Assembly: GCA_963816305.1 (NCBI GenBank)
Contig: CAWFJW010000038.1
Location: 7,350 to 71,349, forward strand
Direction: 5' to 3'
Origin: an uncultured Alphaproteobacteria bacterium
GTDB taxonomy: Bacteria; Pseudomonadota; Alphaproteobacteria; Rhizobiales; Aestuariivirgaceae
DNA: 64,000 nt
Of the stretch, positions 27,145 to 36,811 are shown in pieces. The position numbers were made by a program, and so were the translations under genes. Below the pieces are notes generated by a model. That model was given only the letters and a program-made list of their open reading frames with translations. It was not told the DNA's origin and did not search any database. The stretch's first letter is position 1. Every line of letters begins with the position of its first letter.

Positions 27145-28836
27145 TTAATCCGGCAGCTCCATCGGCTTCAGAGCATCAAAAACGTCGCCTGGGCCGGGAT
27201 TGCCCGGCGGCGACTGTCCCCCGAGATGATGCATAATGCCCCACACCGCGTTGAGCGCTGTTTGCACCGCCCCTTCAACCCAGCCCGGTGTCCAGGAGAC
27301 ATCATCACCCGCCATGAAAATCCCGCGCTCGGCGGGCGGCATTTTTTCTTGCCTGAAATGGCAGTACATGCGGTGGTTATAGCGGTAGTGGCCCGGCAGC
27401 GCGCCCTTAAAGGCCCCCAGAAAATTGGGGTCGGATTCCCATGACACCGTAATGGGGTCGCCAATAATGTGTTTTTCCAGCTCCAGATTGGGATAGATTT
27501 TTTTCAAGGCGTCAAGCGCCAGCGTCACCCGCTTGTCAACCGGCAGCGGCAGCATTTTCATGGCGTCGCTCATCCACGAATAGGTGAGGCAAATGACCCC
27601 CGGCTTGTCATCGCCATTGTCAAACAAATAGGTGCCGCGCGTCAGCCGGTCAGTCAGCGTCATGCTCATGAGGTCGCGGCCCGTGTGCGGATCCTTGTCT
27701 TTCCAGAACGGCCGGTCCGTCATCACGAAGGTTTTGGACGACTGCATGTAGCGGGTGCGGTCCAGCGCCATCCACATCTTGGCTGAGAACAGGCTTTCTT
27801 CGACGCTCATGTAGGTGGTCAGCACCCAGCTCTGCACCGTCACCAAAACCGCGTCAAACAGTTTGGCATGGCCCCAGCGGTCCGTGATCGCGATCTTATC
27901 CCCGTAGGCTCGCTCGATTTTCTTGACCCCCGGACTGGGCGCGCCGCTGTGCAATGAATCCAGCGTGGTTCCCTTGGGCCAGTGCGCCATTTTTGCAGGT
28001 GACAGCTTCCACAATCCCCGCGGCACCTGCTCAACACCACCGGCGATATAGCTTTGGTTCTCGTCGCAATCGGTTGCCACCACCCGCAAAATTTCCAGCA
28101 TCGAGTTGGGATAGTCCGAATCCCAGCCACCGGTGCCAAAGCCCACCTGGCCAAAAATTTCCCGGTGATGAAATGGCCTGTCGGCGAAGGCATAGGAGGT
28201 CGCCACGAAATCATAGAAGCTGCGGTCATCCCAAATGGGAATGAGCCGGTTCCAAATTTCCTTGAGCGCTGGAATGTCACGCTCGCGGATGGCTTGCCTG
28301 AGGCCGGAAAAACCAGCGCCCTCTTCCAGCGCCTTGGCCCAGTCCGCGGCTATCTCCCTGAACAACGGCGGCAGGTCCGCCGTCTTTTCCACATAAAGAG
28401 TTTTGCCCTCAAGATCGATGACGGTCGAAGGCGTGGCTGGTGACAAGGGATTGGGGAAAGGCTTTCTTTGCAGGCCCAGCATATCCACATAGTGATAGAA
28501 GGCGGTGGAGGACTCCGGAAAGCGCATGCCGCCAAGCTCGGCGATAATGCCTTCAGCCCCTTCGAAGGCCTGGCTGCGCAGCCTTCCGCCCATGCGGCCC
28601 GCTTCATAGATCACCGGTTTCAAGCCCATTTTCAGAAGCTCGAAGGCAGCTGTCATGCCGGCCATGCCAGCGCCTATTATGGCCACTTCCTCGCCGTGCC
28701 GGTGCGCCGGGACCGAACCAAGCCCCGCCGGGTGCTTGATCCAGTCATCAAAAGCAAATGGAAAATCCGGCCCGAACATGGTGACCGGCTCCGAAACATC
28801 GGCCTCAGGCGCAAAAAGATTGGTGGAAGCGGTCAT
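27145..28836 (-). CDS. davB: Lysine 2-monooxygenase-like flavoprotein (DavB/tryptophan 2-monooxygenase family)
   Basis: FGPDFPFAFDDW..HPAGLGS, GAGMAG, ELGGMRFP, GQVGFGTGGWDSD, ALDRTRYMQSSKTFVM, GDDVSWT..WVEGA; recognised as close to Pseudomonas DavB. SD CAGGAG before ATG 28836. Confidence 0.8.
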   Translation of the reverse strand: MTASTNLFAPEADVSEPVTMFGPDFPFAFDDWIKHPAGLGSVPAHRHGEEVAIIGAGMAGMTAAFELLKMGLKPVIYEAGRMGGRLRSQAFEGAEGIIAELGGMRFPESSTAFYHYVDMLGLQRKPFPNPLSPATPSTVIDLEGKTLYVEKTADLPPLFREIAADWAKALEEGAGFSGLRQAIRERDIPALKEIWNRLIPIWDDRSFYDFVATSYAFADRPFHHREIFGQVGFGTGGWDSDYPNSMLEILRVVATDCDENQSYIAGGVEQVPRGLWKLSPAKMAHWPKGTTLDSLHSGAPSPGVKKIERAYGDKIAITDRWGHAKLFDAVLVTVQSWVLTTYMSVEESLFSAKMWMALDRTRYMQSSKTFVMTDRPFWKDKDPHTGRDLMSMTLTDRLTRGTYLFDNGDDKPGVICLTYSWMSDAMKMLPLPVDKRVTLALDALKKIYPNLELEKHIIGDPITVSWESDPNFLGAFKGALPGHYRYNHRMYCHFRQEKMPPAERGIFMAGDDVSWTPGWVEGAVQTALNAVWGIMHHLGGQSPPGNPGPGDVFDALKPMELPD

Positions 28837-28932
28837 TGGCAAAATCTCCTGTCCCGGAGCTTGCCACATGGATGAATCATTGGCCATGAGAACGTTGCTT
28901 CAATGGGTTGGGACCTGTATGAACCCCGGCCA

Positions 28933-29877
28933 ATGACCACTGTTTTCATAGATGGCGAGGCGGGAACGACAGGCCTGCAGATCCGCGAGCGGCTTAAAAC
29001 CCGCAACGACATTGAGCTTGTCAGCATTGCAGCCGACAAGCGCAAGGATGCGGGCGCGCGCCGCGATCTCTTGAATAGCGTTGATATTGCCATCCTCTGC
29101 CTTCCGGATGAGGCTGCCAAGGAGGCCGTGGGCCTGATTGATGCAAAGTCCAGAACCCGCGTGATCGATGCCTCGACCGCCTACCGGGTTGACCCGCAAT
29201 GGGCCTACGGCTTTCCGGAACTCAGCGCCGCCCAGTCCCAAAAGATCGCGGCGGCAGCCCGCGTCTCGAACCCCGGTTGCTATCCGCAGGGCTTCATCGC
29301 CGTGGTGAAGCCATTGATTGACGCGGGCGTTTTGAGCCCCGGCCACCCTTTTACCTATAACGCCGTGTCGGGCTATTCCGGCGGCGGCAGGAAAATGATC
29401 GAGGACTACGAAAAGGCTGGCCCAAATGCCGTGCCCTATCTGCCCTATGGCCTCACCCTGAACCACAAGCATCTCGCCGAAATGAGGCTCTACGCGGGCC
29501 TCGCTGAGGACGTCATTTTCCAGCCTGCCGTCGGCAACTACGCGCAAGGCATGCTGGGCGCCGTACCGGTTTTTATCAAGAAAGCCACTATTGCTAATAC
29601 CCATGAAATTCTGGCTGAAGCCTATGCCGGCAGCACGTTCATTGAGGTGGCGCCACTGCAATCCATTGAGCGCTCAACCGATGTGAACCCGCAAAGCCTG
29701 AACAACACCAACCGCATGCGGATCCATGTTTTTGGCAATGAGGCGCGGGGGCAGATGCTGCTCACCAGCATCTACGACAATCTCGGCAAGGGCGCCTCGG
29801 GCGCTGCCGTGCAGAATTTGAACCTGATGATCGGCGCTGAGGAAGTTCTCGGCGTTGATCTCCCAAGCGCCAACTGA
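28933..29877 (+). CDS. argC: N-acetyl-gamma-glutamyl-phosphate reductase (type 2)
   Basis: [42 protein letters not shown]. Confidence 0.95.
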   Translation: MTTVFIDGEAGTTGLQIRERLKTRNDIELVSIAADKRKDAGARRDLLNSVDIAILCLPDEAAKEAVGLIDAKSRTRVIDASTAYRVDPQWAYGFPELSAAQSQKIAAAARVSNPGCYPQGFIAVVKPLIDAGVLSPGHPFTYNAVSGYSGGGRKMIEDYEKAGPNAVPYLPYGLTLNHKHLAEMRLYAGLAEDVIFQPAVGNYAQGMLGAVPVFIKKATIANTHEILAEAYAGSTFIEVAPLQSIERSTDVNPQSLNNTNRMRIHVFGNEARGQMLLTSIYDNLGKGASGAAVQNLNLMIGAEEVLGVDLPSAN

Positions 29878-29889
29878 AAGAGCAAATCC

Positions 29890-30495
29890 ATGGAAAAATT
29901 CGTGACCCTCAACGGCGTTGCAGCCCCTCTCAACATCGTCAACATCGACACCGACATGATTATTCCAAAGCAGTTCCTGAAAACCATCAAGCGCACGGGA
30001 CTTGGCAAATCCCTGTTCTATGAGATGCGCTACACCCAAGATGGCAAGGAATTGCCGGACTTTGTGCTGAACAAGACCGCTTACCGGAATGCGCAGATTC
30101 TGGTGGCGGGCGACAACTTCGGCTGCGGCTCATCGCGCGAGCACGCCCCCTGGGCCTTGCTCGATTTCGGCATCCGCTGCGTGATCTCAACCAGCTTCGC
30201 CGATATTTTTTACAACAACTGCTTCAAGAACGGCATCCTGCCCATCGTCGTTTCGCCGGAAGATTTGAAGAAGCTGATGGACGATGCTGACAGGGGCAGC
30301 AACGCGACCATGAGCATTGATCTGCCCCATCAGGAAATCAGGGGCCCCGACGGCGGGACGGTCAAGTTCGACCTCGACCCCTTCCGCAAGCATTGCCTGA
30401 TGAACGGCCTTGATGACATAGCGCTCAGCCTTGAAAAGTCCGCTTCCATTGACAGTTTCGAAAAGAAGCAGGCGACAGCCCAGCCCTGGCTCTAA
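29890..30495 (+). CDS. leuD: 3-isopropylmalate dehydratase small subunit
   Basis: [42 protein letters not shown]. Confidence 0.97.
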   Translation: MEKFVTLNGVAAPLNIVNIDTDMIIPKQFLKTIKRTGLGKSLFYEMRYTQDGKELPDFVLNKTAYRNAQILVAGDNFGCGSSREHAPWALLDFGIRCVISTSFADIFYNNCFKNGILPIVVSPEDLKKLMDDADRGSNATMSIDLPHQEIRGPDGGTVKFDLDPFRKHCLMNGLDDIALSLEKSASIDSFEKKQATAQPWL

Positions 30496-31443
30496 TTGGA
30501 ATCGATCATCAACACGGTCCTGCCCGTCTTCGGGCTCATTGCGTTGGGCGTTGTCTTTGCGCGCCTCAAGCTGATCGACGCCGTGACCGCCAAGGGGCTC
30601 ACGCAGTTTGTTTTCAATCTGGCGATCCCTGCGCTCTTGTTCCGCACGGTTGTCACCATGAGGGCCCAGGAGGCAACTCCCTTCGGCCTGTGGATCGCTT
30701 TTTTTGGCGGCCTAGCGGTGACATGGATTGTGACCGCGTTCGTGGCGCAAAAATTCGAAAGCACATCAGCATCAGGCGGCGCTGCGGCGAGCATGGCCGC
30801 GGGCTTTGGCAATCTCGCCCTTCTCGGAACGCCTTTGGCGCTGGCCCATTACGGCCAGGATGCGGCCGTGCCAGTTGGCCTCATTCTCTCCATTCATGCG
30901 CCCATCCTGTGGTTTTCCGCGACACTCCACCGCGAATTGGCCCGTCACAGCAGTGCGATTTCCATCGCCCGTCTCGCCCGCGAACTTTTCCTGAGCCTGG
31001 CGCAGAACGCCATCGTGCTCGCGCTTCTGAGCGCCGCCATTTGGCGGTTCACGGGTCTTGGCCTCCACCCCGTGCCTGACCGCATGTTGTCAATGTTGTC
31101 GGACGCCAGCATTCCAACCGCCCTGTTCGCCCTTGGACTGTCGCTTGCAACCTACTCGCTCAAAGGCCAGTGGAGCGGCATGGCTGTTCTCATCGCCATG
31201 AAAATGCTGCTGATGCCGGTTCTGGTTTTTCTGGCCGTCCGCCATCTCATTTTTGTGCCGCCCTTCTGGGCCAATATCGCAGTGCTTCTTGCCGCCATGC
31301 CAACAGGCGCCAACGCCTTCCTGTTCGCCCACCGCAATGAGGAATCCGTGGCCGCTGTTTCAGCGGCCGTGGCCGCAGGCACGGGCCTTGCCGCCCTCAC
31401 GGTTTCCCTTCTGCTCTATCTCATGGATGCCGGATTGATTTAA
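30496..31443 (+). CDS. AEC (auxin efflux carrier) family transporter
   Basis: VLPVFGLIALG, FVFNLAIPALLF, FGNLALLGTP, AAMPTGANAF. Confidence 0.88.
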   Translation: MESIINTVLPVFGLIALGVVFARLKLIDAVTAKGLTQFVFNLAIPALLFRTVVTMRAQEATPFGLWIAFFGGLAVTWIVTAFVAQKFESTSASGGAAASMAAGFGNLALLGTPLALAHYGQDAAVPVGLILSIHAPILWFSATLHRELARHSSAISIARLARELFLSLAQNAIVLALLSAAIWRFTGLGLHPVPDRMLSMLSDASIPTALFALGLSLATYSLKGQWSGMAVLIAMKMLLMPVLVFLAVRHLIFVPPFWANIAVLLAAMPTGANAFLFAHRNEESVAAVSAAVAAGTGLAALTVSLLLYLMDAGLI

Positions 31444-32471
31444 CGCGGGCAGATGGCCCAGTAGTCCAGCTCGAGGATCACACCGGCGTTGCCGGGGCTG
31501 CCGTCCACCAGCGGAAACTCCGTACACGGCATATCGCGCGTCGCCCGCGTGACGATGCGCAAGGCGCCAACATCATCTCGCCCCGACAGGGCTGCCTTGT
31601 CCTTGATCTCGGACCACGCAAAGACCGTGCCGCCCGCGAACAGGGGCGCCACATGCCTGCCGCCATTGATGGCGGCGATATGATAGGCATTGGCCAATCC
31701 ATTGAAACTCAGCGCCCGCGCCATGGACATCACATGGCCGCCATAGACCAATCTCCGGCCAAACCGCCCCCGCGCTTCCGCGAATTCATTGAAATGAACG
31801 CGCGCCGTATTCTGATAAAGCCGCGTTGCCATTTGATGCTCGGCCTCTTCAACCGTCACGCCGTCAAGATGGTCAATCTTCTCGCCAATCGCGTAATCGT
31901 CAAGCCTATGGCGCGACCCGGAGAGTTCAAAATTCCAGTTCATTATTTTGGGCGCCGTCGGCAAGGCCGCGACTTTGGCCAGCTCCGGCACATGCGCCAC
32001 AGGCGCTGGCGACGCCTCGTCGCGCTTGCGCACCATCACCCAGCGCACATAGCTCAAAACAACTTCGCCGCGCTGATTGAATCCCGTGGTCCGCGCATAG
32101 ACCGTGCCCGTCTTGGCCGAGGAATTTTCCTTGAGGCCGATGATTTCGGACTGCGATGACAACGTATCCCCGCAATAGACCGCCTGTGAAAAACCGCATT
32201 CCGCATAGCCAAGATTGGCAACCGCATTCAAGGAAATATCCGGAACCGACTTTCCAAAGACAATATGAAACACCAGCAGATCATCAAGCGGCGCGCGGGG
32301 GTAACCCACGGCCCTGGCAAACTCATCCGAGCTTTGAACCACGAAACGCGACCCATAAAGCGCGGTGTAAAGCGCCCGGTCGCCTTCGGTCATCGTGCGG
32401 GGCGTCGCATGGATGATTTTTTGCCCAAGGCTGAAGTCTTCAAAGAAGTTGCCGCCGCCGCTCTTAGACAT
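31440..32471 (-). CDS. mch: Mesaconyl-CoA hydratase (double MaoC domain)
   Basis: FFEDF.LG..I.HATPRT, FHIVFGKSVPDISLNAVANLGYAE, EAEHQMATRLYQNTARVHF. Confidence 0.85.
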   Translation of the reverse strand: MSKSGGGNFFEDFSLGQKIIHATPRTMTEGDRALYTALYGSRFVVQSSDEFARAVGYPRAPLDDLLVFHIVFGKSVPDISLNAVANLGYAECGFSQAVYCGDTLSSQSEIIGLKENSSAKTGTVYARTTGFNQRGEVVLSYVRWVMVRKRDEASPAPVAHVPELAKVAALPTAPKIMNWNFELSGSRHRLDDYAIGEKIDHLDGVTVEEAEHQMATRLYQNTARVHFNEFAEARGRFGRRLVYGGHVMSMARALSFNGLANAYHIAAINGGRHVAPLFAGGTVFAWSEIKDKAALSGRDDVGALRIVTRATRDMPCTEFPLVDGSPGNAGVILELDYWAICPR

Positions 32472-33297
32472 GCCCGATCGCCTTCGCTATCTCAACGGTA
32501 CGCTCAGCCATGGCCAAATGCAAACGCTCAACCATCTTGCCGTCCACCGTGATCACGCCCTTTGAGGCATTTTCCGGCAGCGCGAAAGCCTCGATGATTC
32601 TTGCCGACCATGCGATATCCTCAGGCGAAGGCGAAAACAGCGCGTTGCAGATTTCAATTTGCGCCGGATGGATGAGCGTCTTTCCATCCATGCCCATATC
32701 CCGGCCCTGCTCGCATTCCGCTTTGAAGGCGGCCTCGTCCCTGAAGTTGTTAAAGACACCATCAATGACGTCCAAGCCATGGGCGCGGCCCGCGAGCACG
32801 GCGAGGGACAGCCATGGAAGAATTGCAAACCGTCCGCCCGCGGCGCTTGCCCGGGTTTCCTTCAGCAGATCATTGGTGCCCAGCACAAAACACGAAATCC
32901 GTGCCGACGCTGCCAGGTCACGGGCATTGAATATCGCCAGCGGCTTTTCGATCATCACCCACAGCGCAACACCGGGCGGCATTTTCGCCAGATCATCCGG
33001 TGTTTCGACTTTGGGTATCAAAATCGCGTCGGGGCGAGCTTCCATCGCCATCTTGAGGTCATCCGTCCCCCAGGGCGTATCAAGCCCATTGATGCGGATC
33101 GCCACTTCACGGCTCCCATAGCCGCCCGTCTTCACCGCCGCTGCGACGCTGGCCCGCGCCTGCTCCTTGGCGTCAGGCGCCACTGAATCTTCAAGATCCA
33201 GAATAAGGCTGTCAGCGGCAAGGATCCTGGCCTTTTCCAACGCTCGCGCGTTTGCCCCCGGCATATAGAGAACACTGCGGTGCGGTCTGTTCGTCAT
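32464..33297 (-). CDS. mcl2: CitE-family CoA ester lyase, (3S)-malyl-CoA thioesterase-like
   Basis: RPHRSVLYMPGANARALEKA...LILDLEDSVAP, GTNDL, DGKTLIHPAQI, GKMVERLH. Adjacent to mch. Confidence 0.72.
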   Translation of the reverse strand: MTNRPHRSVLYMPGANARALEKARILAADSLILDLEDSVAPDAKEQARASVAAAVKTGGYGSREVAIRINGLDTPWGTDDLKMAMEARPDAILIPKVETPDDLAKMPPGVALWVMIEKPLAIFNARDLAASARISCFVLGTNDLLKETRASAAGGRFAILPWLSLAVLAGRAHGLDVIDGVFNNFRDEAAFKAECEQGRDMGMDGKTLIHPAQIEICNALFSPSPEDIAWSARIIEAFALPENASKGVITVDGKMVERLHLAMAERTVEIAKAIGHV

Positions 33298-33402
33298 TGA
33301 TCTTCCTTTTTAGCCATGAAACTAGCCGCCCGCGAAAAATAAGTGAAGCCACCAAGGGGCAAGCCCTTGTGAGGGGGAATTCTATTGGGCACTATAAGCC
33401 GT

Positions 33403-34575
33403 ATGAAACACGCGGATGTTGCAATTATTGGCGGTGGCGTCGTGGGCAGCGCCACGGCCTATTATCTCAGGAAGCACGGTTTTCCGGGATCGGTGGCGAT
33501 TGTTGAGAAGGATACTACCTATCAGTTCGGCTGCACCGGCCGCTCCCTCGGCGGATTGCGCCAGCAATTCTCGACGCCAGAGAATATCGAGCTGTCCAAA
33601 TTCGGGTTGCGGCTGATCCGCAGTCTAAAAGATGAGTTCGGCCCCGACGCCGATGTGAGTTTTCACGAGAATGGCTATCTCCTCATGGCGTCAGAAAGCG
33701 GCATGCCCATTCTCGAGGAAAATCACCGCGTGCAAATGGCGGGCGGCGCCGACAACATCATCCTCAGGGGCAGCGATCTCATGGCGCGGTTTTCCTGGGT
33801 GTCAGGCGAAGGCGTGGCCGGGGCCTGTTTTGGTCTATCCGGCGAGGGTTGGCTTGACCCCTATTCCTTGATGTCGCTTCTCCGCAAGGCGGCTGTGGCG
33901 CAGGGCGTCAAGATTATACCCCACGAGCTCACGGCCCTGGGCGCCGACACCGAAAGAATCTCGTCCATTACCTTGTCAAACGGTGAAACGCTGACCTGCG
34001 ATCACCTGGTGAATGCCGCAGGGGCGGGCGCCGGCCACGTGGCCAGCCTCGCCAGCATTGCGCTCCCCGTTGGCCCCCGCAAGCGCTATGTCTATTGCAT
34101 CGATTGCCCGCAAGCCACCGAAGCGCTGCACAACGCGCCCTTGACAGTCGAGCCGGGCGGGGTTTTTTTCCGGCCCGAGGGCAGGAATTTTCTCTGCGGC
34201 AATTCGCCGGAAGAAGTTGATGAGCCGGCCGACTTGAGCTGGGACGTGGACTATGCATGGTTTGAAGAGCGCATATGGCCAATCCTCGCCACGCAGGTTC
34301 CGCAATTCGAAACCATCAAGGTCATCAACGCCTGGGTCGGTCACTACGACTACAACGCGCTTGATCAAAATGCCATTCTGGGCCGCCATCCCGAAATCCG
34401 GAATTTCTATTTCGCCAACGGCTTCTCCGGTCACGGCCTGCAGCAGGGTCCCGCCGCCGGCAACGCCATAGCCGAACTCATTGTGCATGGCGTGTACCGC
34501 ACTATCGACCTCACGCGCATGGGTTACGAGCGTGTCATGCGCAATGAGCCCCTGTTTGAGAAAAACATCATCTGA
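33403..34575 (+). CDS. FAD-dependent oxidoreductase (DAO/sarcosine oxidase beta, FOXRED1-like)
   Basis: IIGGGVVGS, GGLRQQFSTPENI, GHYDYNALDQNAILG, NGFSGHGLQQGPAAG. Confidence 0.88.
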   Translation: MKHADVAIIGGGVVGSATAYYLRKHGFPGSVAIVEKDTTYQFGCTGRSLGGLRQQFSTPENIELSKFGLRLIRSLKDEFGPDADVSFHENGYLLMASESGMPILEENHRVQMAGGADNIILRGSDLMARFSWVSGEGVAGACFGLSGEGWLDPYSLMSLLRKAAVAQGVKIIPHELTALGADTERISSITLSNGETLTCDHLVNAAGAGAGHVASLASIALPVGPRKRYVYCIDCPQATEALHNAPLTVEPGGVFFRPEGRNFLCGNSPEEVDEPADLSWDVDYAWFEERIWPILATQVPQFETIKVINAWVGHYDYNALDQNAILGRHPEIRNFYFANGFSGHGLQQGPAAGNAIAELIVHGVYRTIDLTRMGYERVMRNEPLFEKNII

Positions 34576-35369
34576 TGCCACGGCAGGTGCTTTGCATTTC
34601 ATCGCAAGTGGCATACGGCCCGGTGGGAAATACGGCGGCGGTTCCAGCCATGCAGGCCGCTGGATTCACTGTTCTGCAAGTTCCAACGATCATCCTGTCG
34701 AACCATCCGGGTCTCGCCCAGCCTTCCGGCGTAAAATTGCCCGCCACTGAAATCTCAGCGATCCTCACATCGCTTGAGGCGCTCGGTGCGTTGCAGGAGT
34801 GCGCGGGCGTGATGACCGGATATTTCACCGATGCAGAGCAAGTGAAAACTGCCGCCAGTTTCATTGCCGGCATGAAAGGGAGAAACCCCAAACTTTTCGT
34901 GCTCGTCGATCCCGTTCTGGGCGACGATGGCAGCCTTTATGTCTCGAAAGATGTTGCAGACGCGTTGCGTGACGACTTAGTGCCCCTGGCCACCTGCGTA
35001 ACGCCAAATTGCTTTGAGCTTTCATGGCTCACCGGGCTTGCGGTGGCCAGCAGGCCGGACGCCGTCAACGCCGCAGCCAAATTGGCGGCGGCGGAAATTC
35101 TCGCGACTTCAATCCTGATCGGCCCCGAACACTTGGCGACCCTAGTCGTCACCCGTGACGGGTGCAGCGAATTCACAGGCCCGCTCAGAACAAACGTGCC
35201 CCATGGCACTGGAGATTTTCTGGCGGGCCTCTATCTGGCCAGCAGGCTCAACGGATTTGCGCCTCCAGAGGCCCTCAAACTATCGGCCGCCATTCTTGAG
35301 ACAGCTATTTCGCGAAGCCTTGACCTTCCCTATCTCGACATTATTGGAGCTTTGCGCAGTTCATCATGA
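34575..35369 (+). CDS. pdxK: Pyridoxal/pyridoxine kinase (PdxK/PdxY family)
   Basis: ISSQVAYGPVGN, LSNHPG, DPVLGDDGSLYV, TPNCFEL, HGTGDF. Confidence 0.85.
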   Translation: MPRQVLCISSQVAYGPVGNTAAVPAMQAAGFTVLQVPTIILSNHPGLAQPSGVKLPATEISAILTSLEALGALQECAGVMTGYFTDAEQVKTAASFIAGMKGRNPKLFVLVDPVLGDDGSLYVSKDVADALRDDLVPLATCVTPNCFELSWLTGLAVASRPDAVNAAAKLAAAEILATSILIGPEHLATLVVTRDGCSEFTGPLRTNVPHGTGDFLAGLYLASRLNGFAPPEALKLSAAILETAISRSLDLPYLDIIGALRSSS

Positions 35370-36307
35370 CCCTGGATCGCGCCAGCATTGAAGCAACCGC
35401 GAGGCGCATCGCGCCATTCATTCGGAGAACTCCCGTGATGGAGATCGTGGTGCCGGGCGTAGCGCAGCCCGTGTGCCTCAAGCTTGAGCAGCTCCAGCAC
35501 TCCGGCAGCTTCAAGGCGCGCGGCGCTTTTTCAAATCTTGTTGGCGTTGCTGTTCCGGAAGCGGGTGTTGCCGCTGCGTCAGGCGGCAACCATGGCGCCG
35601 CAGTCGCCTACGCCGCACGGGTGCTGGGCGTGCCCGCGCGCATATTCGTTCCCAGCATTTCGTCGCCAGCCAAGGTCGCCCGCATCGCGAGCTATGGGGC
35701 GATGATTGCCCAGGAAGGCGCCAATTATCAGGAATGCCTCGGGTTCTGTGAAGCCTATGCCAAACAATCAGGCGCCATGGACATTCACGCCTACAACACC
35801 GAAGTCACCCTGAACGGACCCGGAACCTTGGCCCGTGAGCTTGAGGAACAAGCCCCGGCGCTTGATACTGTTCTCATCGCCGTTGGCGGCGGCGGCCTTA
35901 TTGGTGGCATGGCAAGCTGGTATCAGTCGAAAGTGAAAATCATCGGTGTTGAACCCGTAACCTGCAACGCCTTGCACGCAGCCCTCGGAGCTGGCGCGCC
36001 TCTTGCCATCAAACCTTCCGGTCTGGCAGCCGACAGTCTGGGCGCCAGCTCGGCCGGAACCCTGATGTTTCCCATCGCCCAGCGCCACGTGGACCGCGTG
36101 ATCCTCATCAGCGACGATGATATCAGGAATGCCCAGCGCTTTCTCTGGACTGCCTCGCAGATTGTCACCGAACCGGGCGGAGCGGCGGCCTTCGCCAGCC
36201 TGCTCAGCGGCCGCTATAAGCCCGAAAAGCACGAGCGTGTCGGCGTCATTGTCTGCGGCGCCAACACGCCCCTTGAAACATTCAACGCGCTCATCGCCAC
36301 GGCTTAA
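35366..36307 (+). CDS. Threonine/serine dehydratase (PLP fold II, catabolic type without regulatory domain)
   Basis: KLEQLQHSGSFKARGA, ASGGNHG, VGGGGLIGG, EPGGAAA, VCGAN. Confidence 0.88.
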   Translation: MTLDRASIEATARRIAPFIRRTPVMEIVVPGVAQPVCLKLEQLQHSGSFKARGAFSNLVGVAVPEAGVAAASGGNHGAAVAYAARVLGVPARIFVPSISSPAKVARIASYGAMIAQEGANYQECLGFCEAYAKQSGAMDIHAYNTEVTLNGPGTLARELEEQAPALDTVLIAVGGGGLIGGMASWYQSKVKIIGVEPVTCNALHAALGAGAPLAIKPSGLAADSLGASSAGTLMFPIAQRHVDRVILISDDDIRNAQRFLWTASQIVTEPGGAAAFASLLSGRYKPEKHERVGVIVCGANTPLETFNALIATA

Positions 36308-36504
36308 AAAATCCTGTTGCGATGCATGACACTCATCAGCCGCGCCTGTTCGCGGGCCAGCCGCAATTCGTCGCGCATCCGTTGAACATCCCGCGGATCA
36401 GCATTTGAGTGCCGCGGATTGTGAAGCAGGCGATTGAGCTTTTTGGCGAAGTCCTTCGCATCGCCGAGGGCCGAAAAAAATAGGTCCGATCTTAACGAAA
36501 CCAT
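36304..36504 (-). CDS. Small hypothetical protein (66 aa)
   Basis: Strong SD AAGGAG 6 nt before ATG. MVSLRSDLFFSALGDAKDFAKKLNRLLHNPRHSNADPRDVQRMRDELRLAREQARLMSVMHRNRIF. Confidence 0.6.
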   Translation of the reverse strand: MVSLRSDLFFSALGDAKDFAKKLNRLLHNPRHSNADPRDVQRMRDELRLAREQARLMSVMHRNRIF

Positions 36505-36683
36505 ATGAGTCTCCTTCGCCGGAGGCGATAGCCGTCGCGGCAGCGTCAATGGGTCATGGCGATTGGAGCCCGCAAACGGATGCGGCTCAGAGCGCCTGAC
36601 GGTGAATAGGTGTTGATGTGTGGTTGGCGCCTTTGGCGCGTTTAACGCTATCTACCAAGGCCCGAGCCTTGATAGCTCAGGGA

Positions 36684-36710
36684 TCAGCAGCGCGTGGTGG
36701 TCCTTGTCAT
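36684..36710 (-). CDS. Putative leader peptide MTRTTTRC
   Basis: ACAGGAGATCGCC-ATG ACA AGG ACC ACC ACG CGC TGC TGA. Well-spaced SD, followed at once by hairpins. Confidence 0.5.
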   Translation of the reverse strand: MTRTTTRC

Positions 36711-36746
36711 GGCGATCTCCTGTTCAGTTGCGATTGCGCCATGCTC

Positions 36747-36786
36747 CTAACCGCGGATTAGAAATTTGGCAAGGCCGGATTAGAAA
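36747..36786. promoter_or_regulatory. Putative operator: 11-bp direct repeat CGGATTAGAAA (36754-36764, 36776-36786)
   Basis: Exact repeat at a 22-bp period flanking TTGCCA (minus-strand -35 candidate). One copy also forms the inverted repeat CTAA-CCGCGGA-TTAG. Confidence 0.55.
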
Positions 36787-36811
36787 AATTTGAGCCTCTG
36801 TTGCCGGCAGG

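Noticed and set aside
36648-36710. Selenocysteine read-through of the uORF TGA (hairpin directly downstream)
   Set aside because: Read-through gives only a 20-aa peptide with no redox motif, and no sel genes are in the window. A leader-peptide reading is simpler.
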